Shown here one piece after another: positions 1 to 9,588 of a stretch of 64,000 bases of DNA (within the stretch, counting starts at the first letter, position 1; the number at the start of each line of letters is the position of its first letter). The translations under genes and the position numbers were made by a program. The stretch spans positions 288,001-352,000 of the forward strand of contig CAVTRC010000001.1 in assembly GCA_963737065.1 (NCBI GenBank), written 5' to 3'. The stretch comes from Candidatus Eremiobacteria bacterium (GTDB lineage: Bacteria; Vulcanimicrobiota; Vulcanimicrobiia; Vulcanimicrobiales; Vulcanimicrobiaceae). A model generated the notes under the pieces. That model made no database searches, was not told the DNA's origin, and saw only the letters and a list, made by a program, of their open reading frames with translations.

Positions 1-464
1 CGCTCCAACACGCACGCGTCGTTAATCAAGTACCGCGTCGGAAACCGGTCCGTACAATCGACGACGACATCGTACAAACGCACGAGCTCGCGTGCGTTTT
101 CCGGCGCGAACCGTATCGCGAGCGTGTCGACCGCCACAAGCGGGTTGAGCGCGCGCACGTATTCGGATGCAGCTTCTGCCTTTTTGCGCCCGATGTCGCG
201 CGTTGCAAAAATCGTCTGCCGCTGCAGATTCGTCTCGTCGACGACGTCGTCGTCCATAATCCCGATGCGTCCCGCGCCTGCTGCGGCAAGGTATTGAAGT
301 ACCGGCGCGCCCAAACCGCCGGCTCCGATCACGAGCACGCGCGCTGCCGCCAGCCGCTCTTGGCCGGCAAGGCCGACTTCCGGAATCAACAAATGGCGGC
401 TGTACCGGCGCAATTCCGGGCGCCCGGCGAGCCTTATTCGCGGGGGTGCAGTTTGTTCAGCCAT
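1..464 (-). CDS. moeB: Molybdopterin-synthase adenylyltransferase MoeB/ThiF family (partial, runs off window)
   Basis: Manual translation from ATG 464: MAEQTAPPRIRLAGRPELRRYSRHLLIPEVGLAGQERLAAARVLVIGAGGLGAP...DDDVVDETNLQRQ; RYSRH, GAGGLG and NLQRQ motifs; downstream of moaD/moaE. Absent from the ORF track. Confidence 0.93.
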   Translation of the reverse strand, partial: MAEQTAPPRIRLAGRPELRRYSRHLLIPEVGLAGQERLAAARVLVIGAGGLGAPVLQYLAAAGAGRIGIMDDDVVDETNLQRQTIFATRDIGRKKAEAASEYVRALNPLVAVDTLAIRFAPENARELVRLYDVVVDCTDRFPTRYLINDACVLE

Positions 465-1153
465 TGCAGCAGTTCCGTGCGGGCGTTTTCGGCGGCGTTG
501 GTGTGATCGCTTTCGATCGTCGCGAAACTTTTTGGGTCCGGCGCGTTGTCGTAAAGTTCGCGCGAACTCGCCATGCTCACCATTGCGTCCTTCGTTGCAG
601 CGATATATATGCACGGCCGTCCCGCGAGTTTCGGAAGGTAGCGGTCGTACCACGTGCCGACGTCGGCAACGAGCGCGGAAAGATCGACGCCCTCGACATA
701 TGACGAGCGAAAATCGGTCTTGCCGGCCGCTTTGAGTGCTGCAATCGCACTCGGGCGGCCGTATCCGGTTGCGATCGCCATGGCCCCGTCGAGCTCGGGA
801 TTTCGCGCCGCGGTAAAGAGCGCCGTCATCGCACCCATGCTATGCCCCATCACATAGAGCGGCTGATCGTCGATTGTGCGCGCCATGTCGACGACTGCTT
901 CCATGGCATCGACGCAATCCTCGATACCGCGCAGTTTTCCGCCGCTCGCGCCGAGCTTATGTCCGGGAAAGTCGAGGCTGAAAATGCTGAAGCCTTGCGC
1001 GGAAAGGAACGAGCAGAGCGGATCGAGATTGTGTTTGCTCGATGAATAGCCGTGGCCGGCAACGATCGTTACGCCGCGCGGACGCCGTGGGCCATAGCGA
1101 AGTACGGCGATGTCGTTATTGCGCGCTCGTGCGACGAGCAGATCAACAGGCAT
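434..1153 (-). CDS. Alpha/beta-fold hydrolase (lysophospholipase-like)
   Basis: HG oxyanion motif (GHGYSS), DFPGH, nucleophile GHSMG, C-terminal SDH; likely start ATG 1153. Confidence 0.88.
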   Translation of the reverse strand: MPVDLLVARARNNDIAVLRYGPRRPRGVTIVAGHGYSSSKHNLDPLCSFLSAQGFSIFSLDFPGHKLGASGGKLRGIEDCVDAMEAVVDMARTIDDQPLYVMGHSMGAMTALFTAARNPELDGAMAIATGYGRPSAIAALKAAGKTDFRSSYVEGVDLSALVADVGTWYDRYLPKLAGRPCIYIAATKDAMVSMASSRELYDNAPDPKSFATIESDHTNAAENARTELLQWLNKLHPRE

Positions 1154-1559
1154 TCGCGATCCATTCACCGCCACCGTCCGTATAGCGTTCCTTTTTCCAA
1201 ATAGGCGCGCGCGCTTTCAGCTCGTCGATCGCATATTCGCATGCATCGAACGCTTCACCGCGATGTTCCGCTGCTGCGCACACGACGACCGCCGTTTCGC
1301 CGACATTCAAAGCGCCTATGCGATGCGCGATCGCGAGGCGCGCGCCGGGAAACTGTTCGCGCACTTCGTTTGCGATCGTTTCGAACTCCGCGAGCGCCAT
1401 CGCTTCGTGCGCTTCGTACTCGAGCCCGGTGACTTCCCGTCCGTCGTTCGCGCGGTTGCGAACGACGCCGAGAAACGTGACGACGCCGCCGGTCGCATCG
1501 CTGAGCACGGCGGTTTCCAATGCGCGCGGTTCGATCGGCTCTCGCTGAATGCGGAACAC
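1143..1559 (-). CDS. moaE: Molybdopterin synthase catalytic subunit
   Basis: GGVVTFLGVVR, LEYEAH, HRIGAL, AEHRGEAF, LKARAPIWKKE. Confidence 0.96.
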   Translation of the reverse strand: MFRIQREPIEPRALETAVLSDATGGVVTFLGVVRNRANDGREVTGLEYEAHEAMALAEFETIANEVREQFPGARLAIAHRIGALNVGETAVVVCAAAEHRGEAFDACEYAIDELKARAPIWKKERYTDGGGEWIANAC

Positions 1560-1569
1560 GCTGATGTCC

Positions 1570-1824
1570 CTACCCGCCGCCGACGGGCGGAAGCAATGCG
1601 ATCTCGTCGCCGCTCGCGACGCGTTCGTTCAACATCGCGACAACGCGTCCGTTGCGCGCGATACGCGTGCTCGACGCTAACGCATCGATTTTCCGATTGC
1701 GCGCGCGCAAGGCGTCCCACACGTCGACGAGCGTCGCGCCCTCGGCAAGCTGCAAGTCGAATTCGGCGACGTCGAGCAGCTCGCGCATCCGGGCGAATGC
1801 ACGAACGCGTATTATAATCGTCAA
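1570..1824 (-). CDS. moaD: Molybdopterin synthase sulfur carrier subunit
   Basis: Ends GDEIALLPPVGGG (C-terminal GG); probable TTG start at 1824. Confidence 0.93.
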   Translation of the reverse strand: MTIIIRVRAFARMRELLDVAEFDLQLAEGATLVDVWDALRARNRKIDALASSTRIARNGRVVAMLNERVASGDEIALLPPVGGG

Positions 1825-1825
1825 C

Positions 1826-2080
1826 TTAGAAGCCGCCGATGTCGGTTGTGTATCCATGCTCCGTGAGCCACGCACGCGATGATTCGTGCTTTGCAAGCAT
1901 ATCCAAACGGTTGCAGATCAGCTTGTGCATCATGACTTCCCAGAAGTGCTGACCCTTTTCGTAGACTTCATCGGGAACTTGATTCTCGCTGCGCGCGAAT
2001 TCACGCAGTGCGACCCAATCCATCCGCTCGAGAATCGCCCGTAACCGCGACTCGTACTCGGGCGAAGGAATGCTTTGCAT
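1826..2080 (-). CDS. Hypothetical protein (84 aa)
   Basis: GGAG RBS, tightly packed in operon, protein-like composition. Confidence 0.75.
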   Translation of the reverse strand: MQSIPSPEYESRLRAILERMDWVALREFARSENQVPDEVYEKGQHFWEVMMHKLICNRLDMLAKHESSRAWLTEHGYTTDIGGF

Positions 2081-2091
2081 CGCTGCTCTCC

Positions 2092-2913
2092 CTAGGCACT
2101 CTTCTTCTCATCCTCGATAGGATCCAGCACGAAGCGTTCGATCGCGAGCGCTACGCCGTCTTCATCGTTGCTGGCCGTGGTATGCTTCACGGCCGCGCGC
2201 ACCTCCGGTAACGCGTTTGCCATCGCGACGCCGACCGCCGCCCAGCGCAGCATCGGAACGTCGTTGCGTGAATCGCCGACGGCCATGACGCGACTTGGCC
2301 GCACGGCCAGGTCGCGGCACAGTCGCGCGAGCGCGTTCTTCTTCGTCGCCTCGATGCTCGTGACGGCAAGCTCTTCGAAGTCGCCCCAGGTCTCGTACTT
2401 GAAGTGGACGGGAAAGGGCGCAAACGTTTCACGAATCGACCGGACGGCGTCGCCCCCGAAGAACCGGATGAACGTCGGTGCCGACGAGAGGACGCGCGAA
2501 AGCGAGTCGACTTCAACCCAACGCGGTCCGGCCATATCGGCCATGTAGGCCGGGCTTCCCGCGAGCCGGTGAAAGCGTTCTTCGACGTAGATGGCTGCGT
2601 CGATGCCGTTGTTCTCAGCGAACTGGATCATCGGCATCGCGTACTGGAGAGGGACCGGAATGTGTCCCAGGATCTTTCCGGTCATGACGTCTTTGGTCAG
2701 CGCACCGTGCGCGCAGATGATCGGAAGGTTGATCTGCAGTTCGCGCGCCACGTCGCCGGCCGCGTCCGCGCCGCGCCCCGTGACGATGACGACGCGCACG
2801 CCGGCAGCCAGCGCTGCGGAGATGGCCGCCCGGTTTGCGGGAGAGATGTGATCGCTCGAATTCAAGACCGTTCCGTCGAGGTCGAGCGCGATGAGATCGA
2901 TAGCGGGCACCAT
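2092..2913 (-). CDS. Cof-type HAD-IIB family hydrolase
   Basis: DLDGT motif I, VTGR, K..AL, GDSRNDVPML, ND.DGVA. Confidence 0.95.
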   Translation of the reverse strand: MVPAIDLIALDLDGTVLNSSDHISPANRAAISAALAAGVRVVIVTGRGADAAGDVARELQINLPIICAHGALTKDVMTGKILGHIPVPLQYAMPMIQFAENNGIDAAIYVEERFHRLAGSPAYMADMAGPRWVEVDSLSRVLSSAPTFIRFFGGDAVRSIRETFAPFPVHFKYETWGDFEELAVTSIEATKKNALARLCRDLAVRPSRVMAVGDSRNDVPMLRWAAVGVAMANALPEVRAAVKHTTASNDEDGVALAIERFVLDPIEDEKKSA

Positions 2914-3001
2914 CTACAGCATACCTCGCCTCGTCAAACGGGCGGCAGCTTGGGCGCCTAAGGGTGCGATGGTTGCTTGAAGCGAATCGTTGTAGTACAG
3001 A

Positions 3002-3382
3002 ATGAAGCCCTCGTCGTTGGTCGCCGCCATGGTCATAGCTGCCGTGCCGGCAATTGCACCCGCGCAAAGCCATTGTTCCCGCGAAACGTTAACCGTGCGG
3101 GGGACGGCCGTCACAATCTCCTACTGTCCGAGTGCACCGGCGGCCGACGGTCGCGAACTGACGGTCCCGGTGAACGAAGCGTACTCGTCGAGCGGCGGTT
3201 CGTTCTCCCGCAGCGCGAAGCTGCGGTTCATCACGGGCGAAGGTCCTTCGCGGGTCCTCGAAAACGTCGACCTGGACCGGCTGGGTTTGACCGGAACGCT
3301 GCATCTCACGCTCGTCTATACCGGCGGTGAGGTCCGTATCGAGAACGCCATGCTCACTCCGGGTGCCGTCATCATCAAGTAA
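3002..3382 (+). CDS. Secreted hypothetical protein
   Basis: Signal peptide MKPSSLVAAMVIAAVPAIAPA, two Cys, beta-rich. Confidence 0.75.
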   Translation: MKPSSLVAAMVIAAVPAIAPAQSHCSRETLTVRGTAVTISYCPSAPAADGRELTVPVNEAYSSSGGSFSRSAKLRFITGEGPSRVLENVDLDRLGLTGTLHLTLVYTGGEVRIENAMLTPGAVIIK

Positions 3383-3440
3383 ATTTGCCCGGTTGCCCGG
3401 TTGCAACCGGGTCGCGAACGGGGCAATCTAAGGAGACGAT

Positions 3441-3512
3441 ATGCGACGCCGCTACATCGCGTTCAGCAATTTCAAAATCCCCGACGGCTGTTGTCGTCGT
3501 CCAGAGGAGTAG
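3441..3512 (+). CDS. Putative 23-aa peptide MRRRYIAFSNFKIPDGCCRRPEE
   Basis: AAGGAG SD 5 nt before ATG 3441; stop TAG 7 nt before the ATP-grasp-like gene. Confidence 0.5.
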   Translation: MRRRYIAFSNFKIPDGCCRRPEE

Positions 3513-3519
3513 ATCGTTC

Positions 3520-4956
3520 ATGGCCTGTACGGCCGTTGTGCCGAATCTCACGGCTCGCGAGCAAGCGCAGTTTATCGAGGATAACGTCCCGCCCGGACTC
3601 TTCAAAACCGAAGACGAGAGCGCACGAATCCCGTGGCGCGTCAGCCCCGAGCCGTTTGCATTGTCGGCGAAGACCGTCGCGCAGATCGAAGAGATCGGCC
3701 ACGACTTACTCGCCTTCTATCGCGCGCTCAACAACCTCTACAACCGCAGCGCACGCGGCACCGCACCCGCGTTCATCGCCGACTATCTCGACCGCGGGAA
3801 GCCCGAACATATCGTGCGCCTCGAACGACAGAATCGCTTCAAGCAAGAACTACCCGGTGTGATTCGCCCGGATCTGCTACTGACGGACGACGGATTCGCC
3901 GCGTCGGAACTCGACAGCGTGCCGGGCGGCATGGGGTTCGTCGGCGCGATGGCGGAGGCATACTGCAAAGCGGGCATCGAGTCCATCGGCGGACCGGACG
4001 GCATTCCTTACGGTTTCGCCGCGATGCTAAGATACGCAACCGGCGTCGAAAAGCCGACCGTGGCGATCGTTGTTTCCGATGAATCGGGCGATTACCGGCC
4101 GGAGCTGCGATGGCTTGCAGCAGCGATACGGCGCCTGGACATTGCGAACGCGCACGTCATTGCGCCGCAGGACGTGATCTTCACCGAAGAAGCGACGTTC
4201 GCGCGCCTCGAAGACGGACGGGAAGAGAAGCTCGACGCGATCTACCGCAATTTCGAACTGTTCGATCTGCTCAACGTGCCGAAGTGGGAGCTGATGACGT
4301 ATGCGGCGCGGCACAATCGTGTGAGGCTGACGCCTCCGCCGAAAGCAGCGCTTGAAGAAAAACTTTCATTTGCACTCTTCCATCATCCGGCGCTCGCGCA
4401 ACTGTGGCGCGGCGAGCTCGGCAGGGAGATCCACGAACGGTTGAAGTCGCTCTTCCCCATGACGTGGGTGTTGGACCCGCGTTCGCTGCCTCCGCAAGGC
4501 GTGATCTGGGGACTGCAAATCAACGGCTCGCCGGTGTCGGATTTTCATCAATTGATCGAGCTCGGCAAAAGCGATCGCGACTACGTCGTGAAGCCGTCCG
4601 GTTTTTCGGAGCTCGCGTGGGGATCGCGCGGCGTGAAGATCGCGAACGATTTGACGAAAGAAGAATGGCGTGCGGCGCTCGAGAACGCGCTCGCGTCGTT
4701 CGATCATACGCCGTACATTCTGCAACGGTTCCATAAGGGCAAGCGTATCCGGATGCCATATCTCGACCGCACGGCAAGCGAGATCAAGACGTTCGATGCG
4801 CGCGTTCGTCTCACGCCGTACTTTTTCGTAACGGGCGAGAATGCGGTACAACTGGGCGGCGTTCTTGCGACCGTCGCGCCCGCTGACAAGAAATTGATCC
4901 ACGGAATGAGCGATGCGGTGATGACGTCGTCATTCATCAAAGACAACGGCTACTAA
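3520..4956 (+). CDS. Circularly permuted ATP-grasp / glutathionylspermidine-synthase-like ligase
   Basis: IRPDLLLT...ELDSVPGG, EEKLSFAL, VVKPSGFSELAWGSRGV, YILQRF; GAGGAG SD before ATG 3520. Confidence 0.75.
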   Translation: MACTAVVPNLTAREQAQFIEDNVPPGLFKTEDESARIPWRVSPEPFALSAKTVAQIEEIGHDLLAFYRALNNLYNRSARGTAPAFIADYLDRGKPEHIVRLERQNRFKQELPGVIRPDLLLTDDGFAASELDSVPGGMGFVGAMAEAYCKAGIESIGGPDGIPYGFAAMLRYATGVEKPTVAIVVSDESGDYRPELRWLAAAIRRLDIANAHVIAPQDVIFTEEATFARLEDGREEKLDAIYRNFELFDLLNVPKWELMTYAARHNRVRLTPPPKAALEEKLSFALFHHPALAQLWRGELGREIHERLKSLFPMTWVLDPRSLPPQGVIWGLQINGSPVSDFHQLIELGKSDRDYVVKPSGFSELAWGSRGVKIANDLTKEEWRAALENALASFDHTPYILQRFHKGKRIRMPYLDRTASEIKTFDARVRLTPYFFVTGENAVQLGGVLATVAPADKKLIHGMSDAVMTSSFIKDNGY

Positions 4957-4970
4957 AACGGCCGGACGAG

Positions 4971-6302
4971 CTATGGCCTAACGCGCTTGCCGGGCAGATC
5001 CTGGCCGTTCTGATGGAGGACGAGTGACGTGACTTTGCCCGATGCATCGCGGCTGAACGTTACCGTCGCGTCGACTTCCTTGATGCGCCAGCGATCTCCA
5101 GCCTCTCGCACGAGCGTGAAGCGGGACTGTCCTGTGGCTTGTCCGTACAGCGTGCCGTTTTCTTCGAAGATCGTGATTCTGAAGTTCGGCGCGAGCTCGT
5201 ACACGCCGACATAGGGAGAATTGCCGCGGGGTGCCGGCGGACCTTCGACGGGCGGCACCTTCGGTATTACGGATGGCTCGAGGAGGTGCGTACCGAGGGC
5301 CGTGACATTGTTATTCGCAACGTTGCTCAGAACCACGACGCCGACGTCGCCGCTAAATCCGATGAAGCTGGTGTAGCCGCCCGTTTCACCGTTATGCCAT
5401 GTGACGCCGCCGTTGCTCGTCATCCACACAAGACCGATGCGCGAAGGCGTTCCGAGCGCGATCGGTACGCGCGGCATGTGAGCCATCGCAATTGCGGCGC
5501 CTAGACTGCCCTGCGGCGCCTGCATGTTCGCCTGAAGGTACTTCAGCATATCGGCGATGGTTGAATTGATTGCACCGGCGCCCGCGGTAGCGTCGGTAAA
5601 CGTCCACGGTGACGCAGCCGAAAGGTCCTCGGCAAAGCCCGGCATCATCTTCGAACGCAGCGCCGGCGTTAGCACTGCGGCCGTCGACGTCATGCCGAGC
5701 GGTTTGAAGATCGACTGCTGCACGAGCGCATCATACGATGCGGCCTTCGCGCGATTGACCAGCAGCTGCCCGAGTAAGCCGACGCCGAGGTTCGAGTATT
5801 CGTACTGCGCACCGGGCGCGCGCGTCAGCGTATAGCCGTTGAGAAAGTCGTAGAGCCGCTGCGTCGTGTAGTCCGCGTACGGATCGTTCGCATCCGCGGG
5901 ACTGAGGTTGTCGGGTAAGCGCGGGAGTCCGGAGTTTTGCTCGGCAAGATTCAGCAGCGATATCGACTTGCCGTGATACTGCGGCGCTTTGACGTTCGCG
6001 GGCAGAAAGAGCGAGATGGGATCGGAAAGCGAGACGCGTTTCGCAAGCACCATCTCTGCAAGCACCGTCGCGGTGAACGTCTTGCTGATCGAACCGATTT
6101 GGAACTCGGTGTTCTCATCGAATTTCGGCGCGCCCGGCTGCGGTGAGCCGGCGTAGTATACGTGCGTGGCTCCGCGTTCGACGGTTCCAACGACCGTTAC
6201 AACGCCGTGCGCTTTGGCGACGAAGGCATCGATCGTCTCTTGAATCGCTGCCGGTGGCGGCAACCCGACCGCGACGGCAAGCACGACGGTAGTGAGAAAC
6301 AT
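4971..6302 (-). CDS. Serine hydrolase (beta-lactamase class C-like) with C-terminal DUF3471-like domain
   Basis: GSISKTF (SxxK), YEYSN, HNGETGG; signal peptide from ATG 6302 with AAGGAG SD. Confidence 0.92.
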   Translation of the reverse strand: MFLTTVVLAVAVGLPPPAAIQETIDAFVAKAHGVVTVVGTVERGATHVYYAGSPQPGAPKFDENTEFQIGSISKTFTATVLAEMVLAKRVSLSDPISLFLPANVKAPQYHGKSISLLNLAEQNSGLPRLPDNLSPADANDPYADYTTQRLYDFLNGYTLTRAPGAQYEYSNLGVGLLGQLLVNRAKAASYDALVQQSIFKPLGMTSTAAVLTPALRSKMMPGFAEDLSAASPWTFTDATAGAGAINSTIADMLKYLQANMQAPQGSLGAAIAMAHMPRVPIALGTPSRIGLVWMTSNGGVTWHNGETGGYTSFIGFSGDVGVVVLSNVANNNVTALGTHLLEPSVIPKVPPVEGPPAPRGNSPYVGVYELAPNFRITIFEENGTLYGQATGQSRFTLVREAGDRWRIKEVDATVTFSRDASGKVTSLVLHQNGQDLPGKRVRP

Positions 6303-6471
6303 ACGGCTCCTTTCTCTTCGATGCTGCGGCACCCGCGTCGATGCACCCCCGGCCAAGTTCACGTTCCGGATATGCCGGTCGAGTGCGATTGGAACGAACC
6401 GCCGGTACACTTCGCGCCTCGTATGGCTCTTTGGTAGAGGTCATCGAGTTCAGCGGTCATATAACGGAAAC

Positions 6472-7051
6472 ATGCGTTCAAAAGCCTGTTTTTTACCCGA
6501 CTCGTGCATTTCGACTTACCTACTCGTCACGTTCTTATCGACGGTCATCTGCATACAGCCGGTATGCGCGAATGAATCCCGTTCGGGATACGCGCCCACA
6601 AGCGCGAACGTCGAAGCTCGCGCTACGGGCGGCATATCGATCGCAATGTCAGGATGGCTTAACCGGCCGATTCGATCGTTTGCGTCAAACGATGGCGCCT
6701 GGATACGTCAATATCGACGTTGCGGGAAATCGCGCGACTGCGGAGCGGACGGTTCGAGACTCGGAGGCGTCGTTCAAGCAATATAAAATTGAATCGTGCG
6801 CGACGCGGATTCTCACGAGCGAGCAACGTGGTAACAAGATCGTCACGACGATTATCGAGCAGACGCGCGGCAAGGTACCTGCGGGGCATACATTGGCCCC
6901 GTTAGATATTTCGCAAAAGATGAACGACGCTTGGATTCGACAGGCCGACGGGTCATTGAAGATCGCGTCGTCCTCCACGATTGAATTGACCGTCCGTGTA
7001 AACGGTAAGGTCGTTCAGCACGCGATGGCAGCCGCAAAGCCCCGCATTTGA
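6472..7051 (+). pseudogene. Secreted NTF2/DUF4440-like protein, frameshifted near 6605
   Basis: Signal peptide (MRSKACF...ICIQPVCA) lies in one frame and the NTF2-like body (...DAWIRQADGSLKIASS) in another; span is 3n+1. Confidence 0.55.
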
Positions 7052-7072
7052 GGCTGCATTCGTATCAAACGG

Positions 7073-7708
7073 TCATTGCGTTCTTGTGATGGTTACGCCT
7101 TGCGTTGCGATATCGATTTCGTCGGGGACGAGCGTCGTGGGACTGTACCAGACGGTAAATGGCGCGTGCTGCGACTGAAACGAAAGCGCGACGTCGCTTG
7201 CGGGCACTGAGGCCGGGCGCGTTGGCGTTTGTTTGGTATCGGGCGCGATCACGATCGACTGCCCGAATGACGGAACGACGGCGCAGACGCTGGCGTTCTG
7301 CCACGCTTGCATTTGCGCCGGAAGCGGCACAAAGCCCGCAACGGTGCCGAGATCGACGACGACAAAGTGCTTCTGCTGCGGCGTCAATTTGAATGTCGCC
7401 GCCGTTCCCTGCGCGTTGGTCACTTGCGCCGTATCGCCGGATACCGTCGCCGAATCGGAAACGGGGTTGCCGGCCATCGTTCCGGTTGCCTTGTAACTCT
7501 CCGGCGATAAGTCGGCGTTGAGCACCAGCGTCGCGCTCGCGTTGCCCGAGGTCCCGCTGTACGAACCGGCGGTCTGTTCGCTGACTTGCATCGATCCATT
7601 ACTGCTCGTGACCGTGACTTTCGACGTGCCGACGTCGACACCGTGATATGACGTTTTATAAGTATAGCTGCCGGCGGCGAGATTCGCCGCTAAAAGAAGA
7701 CCGATCAT
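7073..7708 (-). CDS. Secreted hypothetical protein
   Basis: Signal peptide MIGLLLAANLAA, GGAGG SD, start overlaps upstream stop. Confidence 0.8.
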   Translation of the reverse strand: MIGLLLAANLAAGSYTYKTSYHGVDVGTSKVTVTSSNGSMQVSEQTAGSYSGTSGNASATLVLNADLSPESYKATGTMAGNPVSDSATVSGDTAQVTNAQGTAATFKLTPQQKHFVVVDLGTVAGFVPLPAQMQAWQNASVCAVVPSFGQSIVIAPDTKQTPTRPASVPASDVALSFQSQHAPFTVWYSPTTLVPDEIDIATQGVTITRTQ

Positions 7709-8850
7709 TCTACCTCCGAAACGAGCGTCAACAGGCGATCGATATCGTCCATCGAGTTGTATCCATGCGGTGCGACGCGAATACCGCTTGCCCGCCATGT
7801 GGTGATGACGCCCTCGCGCTGGAGCGCTTTTCCGAGCGCAACACTGTCGCGCCCCGGCATGATGAACGTTACGATGCCCGAGGAAATTCCCGGCCCTCGC
7901 ATCGTCAGAATATTCGCGCCTCGTTCGCGGAGTCCGTCACACAAGCGATCGGTTAACGAGAGAACGTGCGATGCGATTGCATCGGGACGCGCTTCTTCGA
8001 TTGCATCGATGGAACGTTCGAGCGAGAGAGCGCCGACAAAGTTCGGCGTTCCGCCCTCGAAGCGCGACGCACTTTCCGCATAGGGTTGTTCGTAGTTCAG
8101 AAAGTCCCAGATGTCGCTCATCGAACGCCAACCCGGCGCGCCCAGCAACAGCTTCTCGAGGAGGGTCGCGCGGACGTACGCGAAGCTCACACCCTGTAAC
8201 GCAAGCAGCCACTTTGCGCCACCGGCGTACAGCACGTCGATTCCCATCGCGCGCACGTCGAGCGGAAACGCGCCCAGACCTTGAATCGCGTCGACGCAAA
8301 ACAGCGCACCGCGCGCGTGCGCGATTTCCGCGAGCGCGGCGAGATCGTGACGGTAGCCGTCGGCGAACGATACCCACGATACCGCGACGACGCGCGTGCG
8401 ATCCGTCATCTCGCGCCGGAGCACCTCGGGCGTCATGCGCTCGCGCGCGCTCGCAATCAGGCGAACGTTGACGCCGTTACGCCGAAGCGCAAACCAGGGA
8501 ATGGCGTTAGCCGGAAATTCATTGTCGGTCAGAAGCACTTCGTCGCCCTCGTGCCAATCGAGACCGAGCGCAATGATATTCGCGCCGTCGCTGGTGTTGC
8601 GCAACACGGCGATCTCCTCGCCGCTTGCGCCGACAAACCGCCCGATGCGTTCGCGAAATTCCGGCATTCTGGCTTCGGTCATGTAGACGCCCATCACGCC
8701 GCCCTCCGCGTGAGCGCACACGAACGCGTCGATCGCTTCACGGGTGCGGCGAGGTAATACGCCCACCGCTGCATGGTTGAGATACGTGAGGCGTTCGGTT
8801 ACGGCGAATTCGGATCGATCGAGCGGCGTACGTTTCGCTCGTTGGACAGG
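7705..8850 (-). CDS. Class V PLP aminotransferase / cysteine desulfurase-like (start uncertain)
   Basis: YLNHAAVG upstream of the called GTG, VDAIQGLG, GGAKWL (PLP lysine), FEGGTPN, IRVAPHGYN. Confidence 0.9.
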   Translation of the reverse strand, partial: PVQRAKRTPLDRSEFAVTERLTYLNHAAVGVLPRRTREAIDAFVCAHAEGGVMGVYMTEARMPEFRERIGRFVGASGEEIAVLRNTSDGANIIALGLDWHEGDEVLLTDNEFPANAIPWFALRRNGVNVRLIASARERMTPEVLRREMTDRTRVVAVSWVSFADGYRHDLAALAEIAHARGALFCVDAIQGLGAFPLDVRAMGIDVLYAGGAKWLLALQGVSFAYVRATLLEKLLLGAPGWRSMSDIWDFLNYEQPYAESASRFEGGTPNFVGALSLERSIDAIEEARPDAIASHVLSLTDRLCDGLRERGANILTMRGPGISSGIVTFIMPGRDSVALGKALQREGVITTWRASGIRVAPHGYNSMDDIDRLLTLVSEVE

Positions 8851-9513
8851 TCACGCGGGTCCGATCATATCCTTCGTATGCCACGCGATGTTGCCGGCGC
8901 GATCGCCAACGCGTTCGAGCGAGGCGAGAATGAACAAGAATCGCGTGCCCGAACGCACCAGCTCGGGATCCTGCTGCATCTCTTCTTGCAACAGTTTGAT
9001 GCTGCGCTTGTAGAGCTTGTCCACTTCATCGTCCCGATCGATTACTTGGCTTGCGAGGTTCGAGTCACGCTCGGTGTACGCACGCATCACATCGAGCAGC
9101 ATGCCGTGCGCGACGCTCGCGATACGATCGATCTCGACTTTATGCGGACGCAGCGGCTGATCCGCGAGTTTGATCGCATTTTTTGAAATGTCGACGGCGT
9201 AGTCGCCGATGCGCTCGAGGTCGGTTGCAATTTCGAGCATTGCCGCGATTTCGCGCAACTCGCTAGCGACCGGCTGCTGACGCCAAATCAATTCGATACA
9301 ATTCGATTCGATCCGGCGGCGAAGATCGTCGATGGCATCATCGCCTGCGACGACGCGCGCGCCTGCGGTTGCATCGCGGCGATCGAGCGATTCAACGGCG
9401 ACGCGAATGGCATCTCCGCAAAGCGCGCCCAAGCGAACCACGTCCAAACGTGTAGATTCGAGTGCTTCGTGGTAAGCCGTACGCACCGCTTCGTTGTCCT
9501 CCTTTACGAGCAA
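8851..9513 (-). CDS. phoU: Phosphate signalling protein PhoU
   Basis: QQPVASELR, DLERIGDYA, DDEVD, LERVGDRA repeats. Confidence 0.96.
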   Translation of the reverse strand: MLVKEDNEAVRTAYHEALESTRLDVVRLGALCGDAIRVAVESLDRRDATAGARVVAGDDAIDDLRRRIESNCIELIWRQQPVASELREIAAMLEIATDLERIGDYAVDISKNAIKLADQPLRPHKVEIDRIASVAHGMLLDVMRAYTERDSNLASQVIDRDDEVDKLYKRSIKLLQEEMQQDPELVRSGTRFLFILASLERVGDRAGNIAWHTKDMIGPA

Positions 9514-9588
9514 AGGTGAGTCTACCGCATGGCAGAAAAAGCCCCTGCGCTCTTTATATAACCATAAGATGGGCTAGGAGAATCGTTT

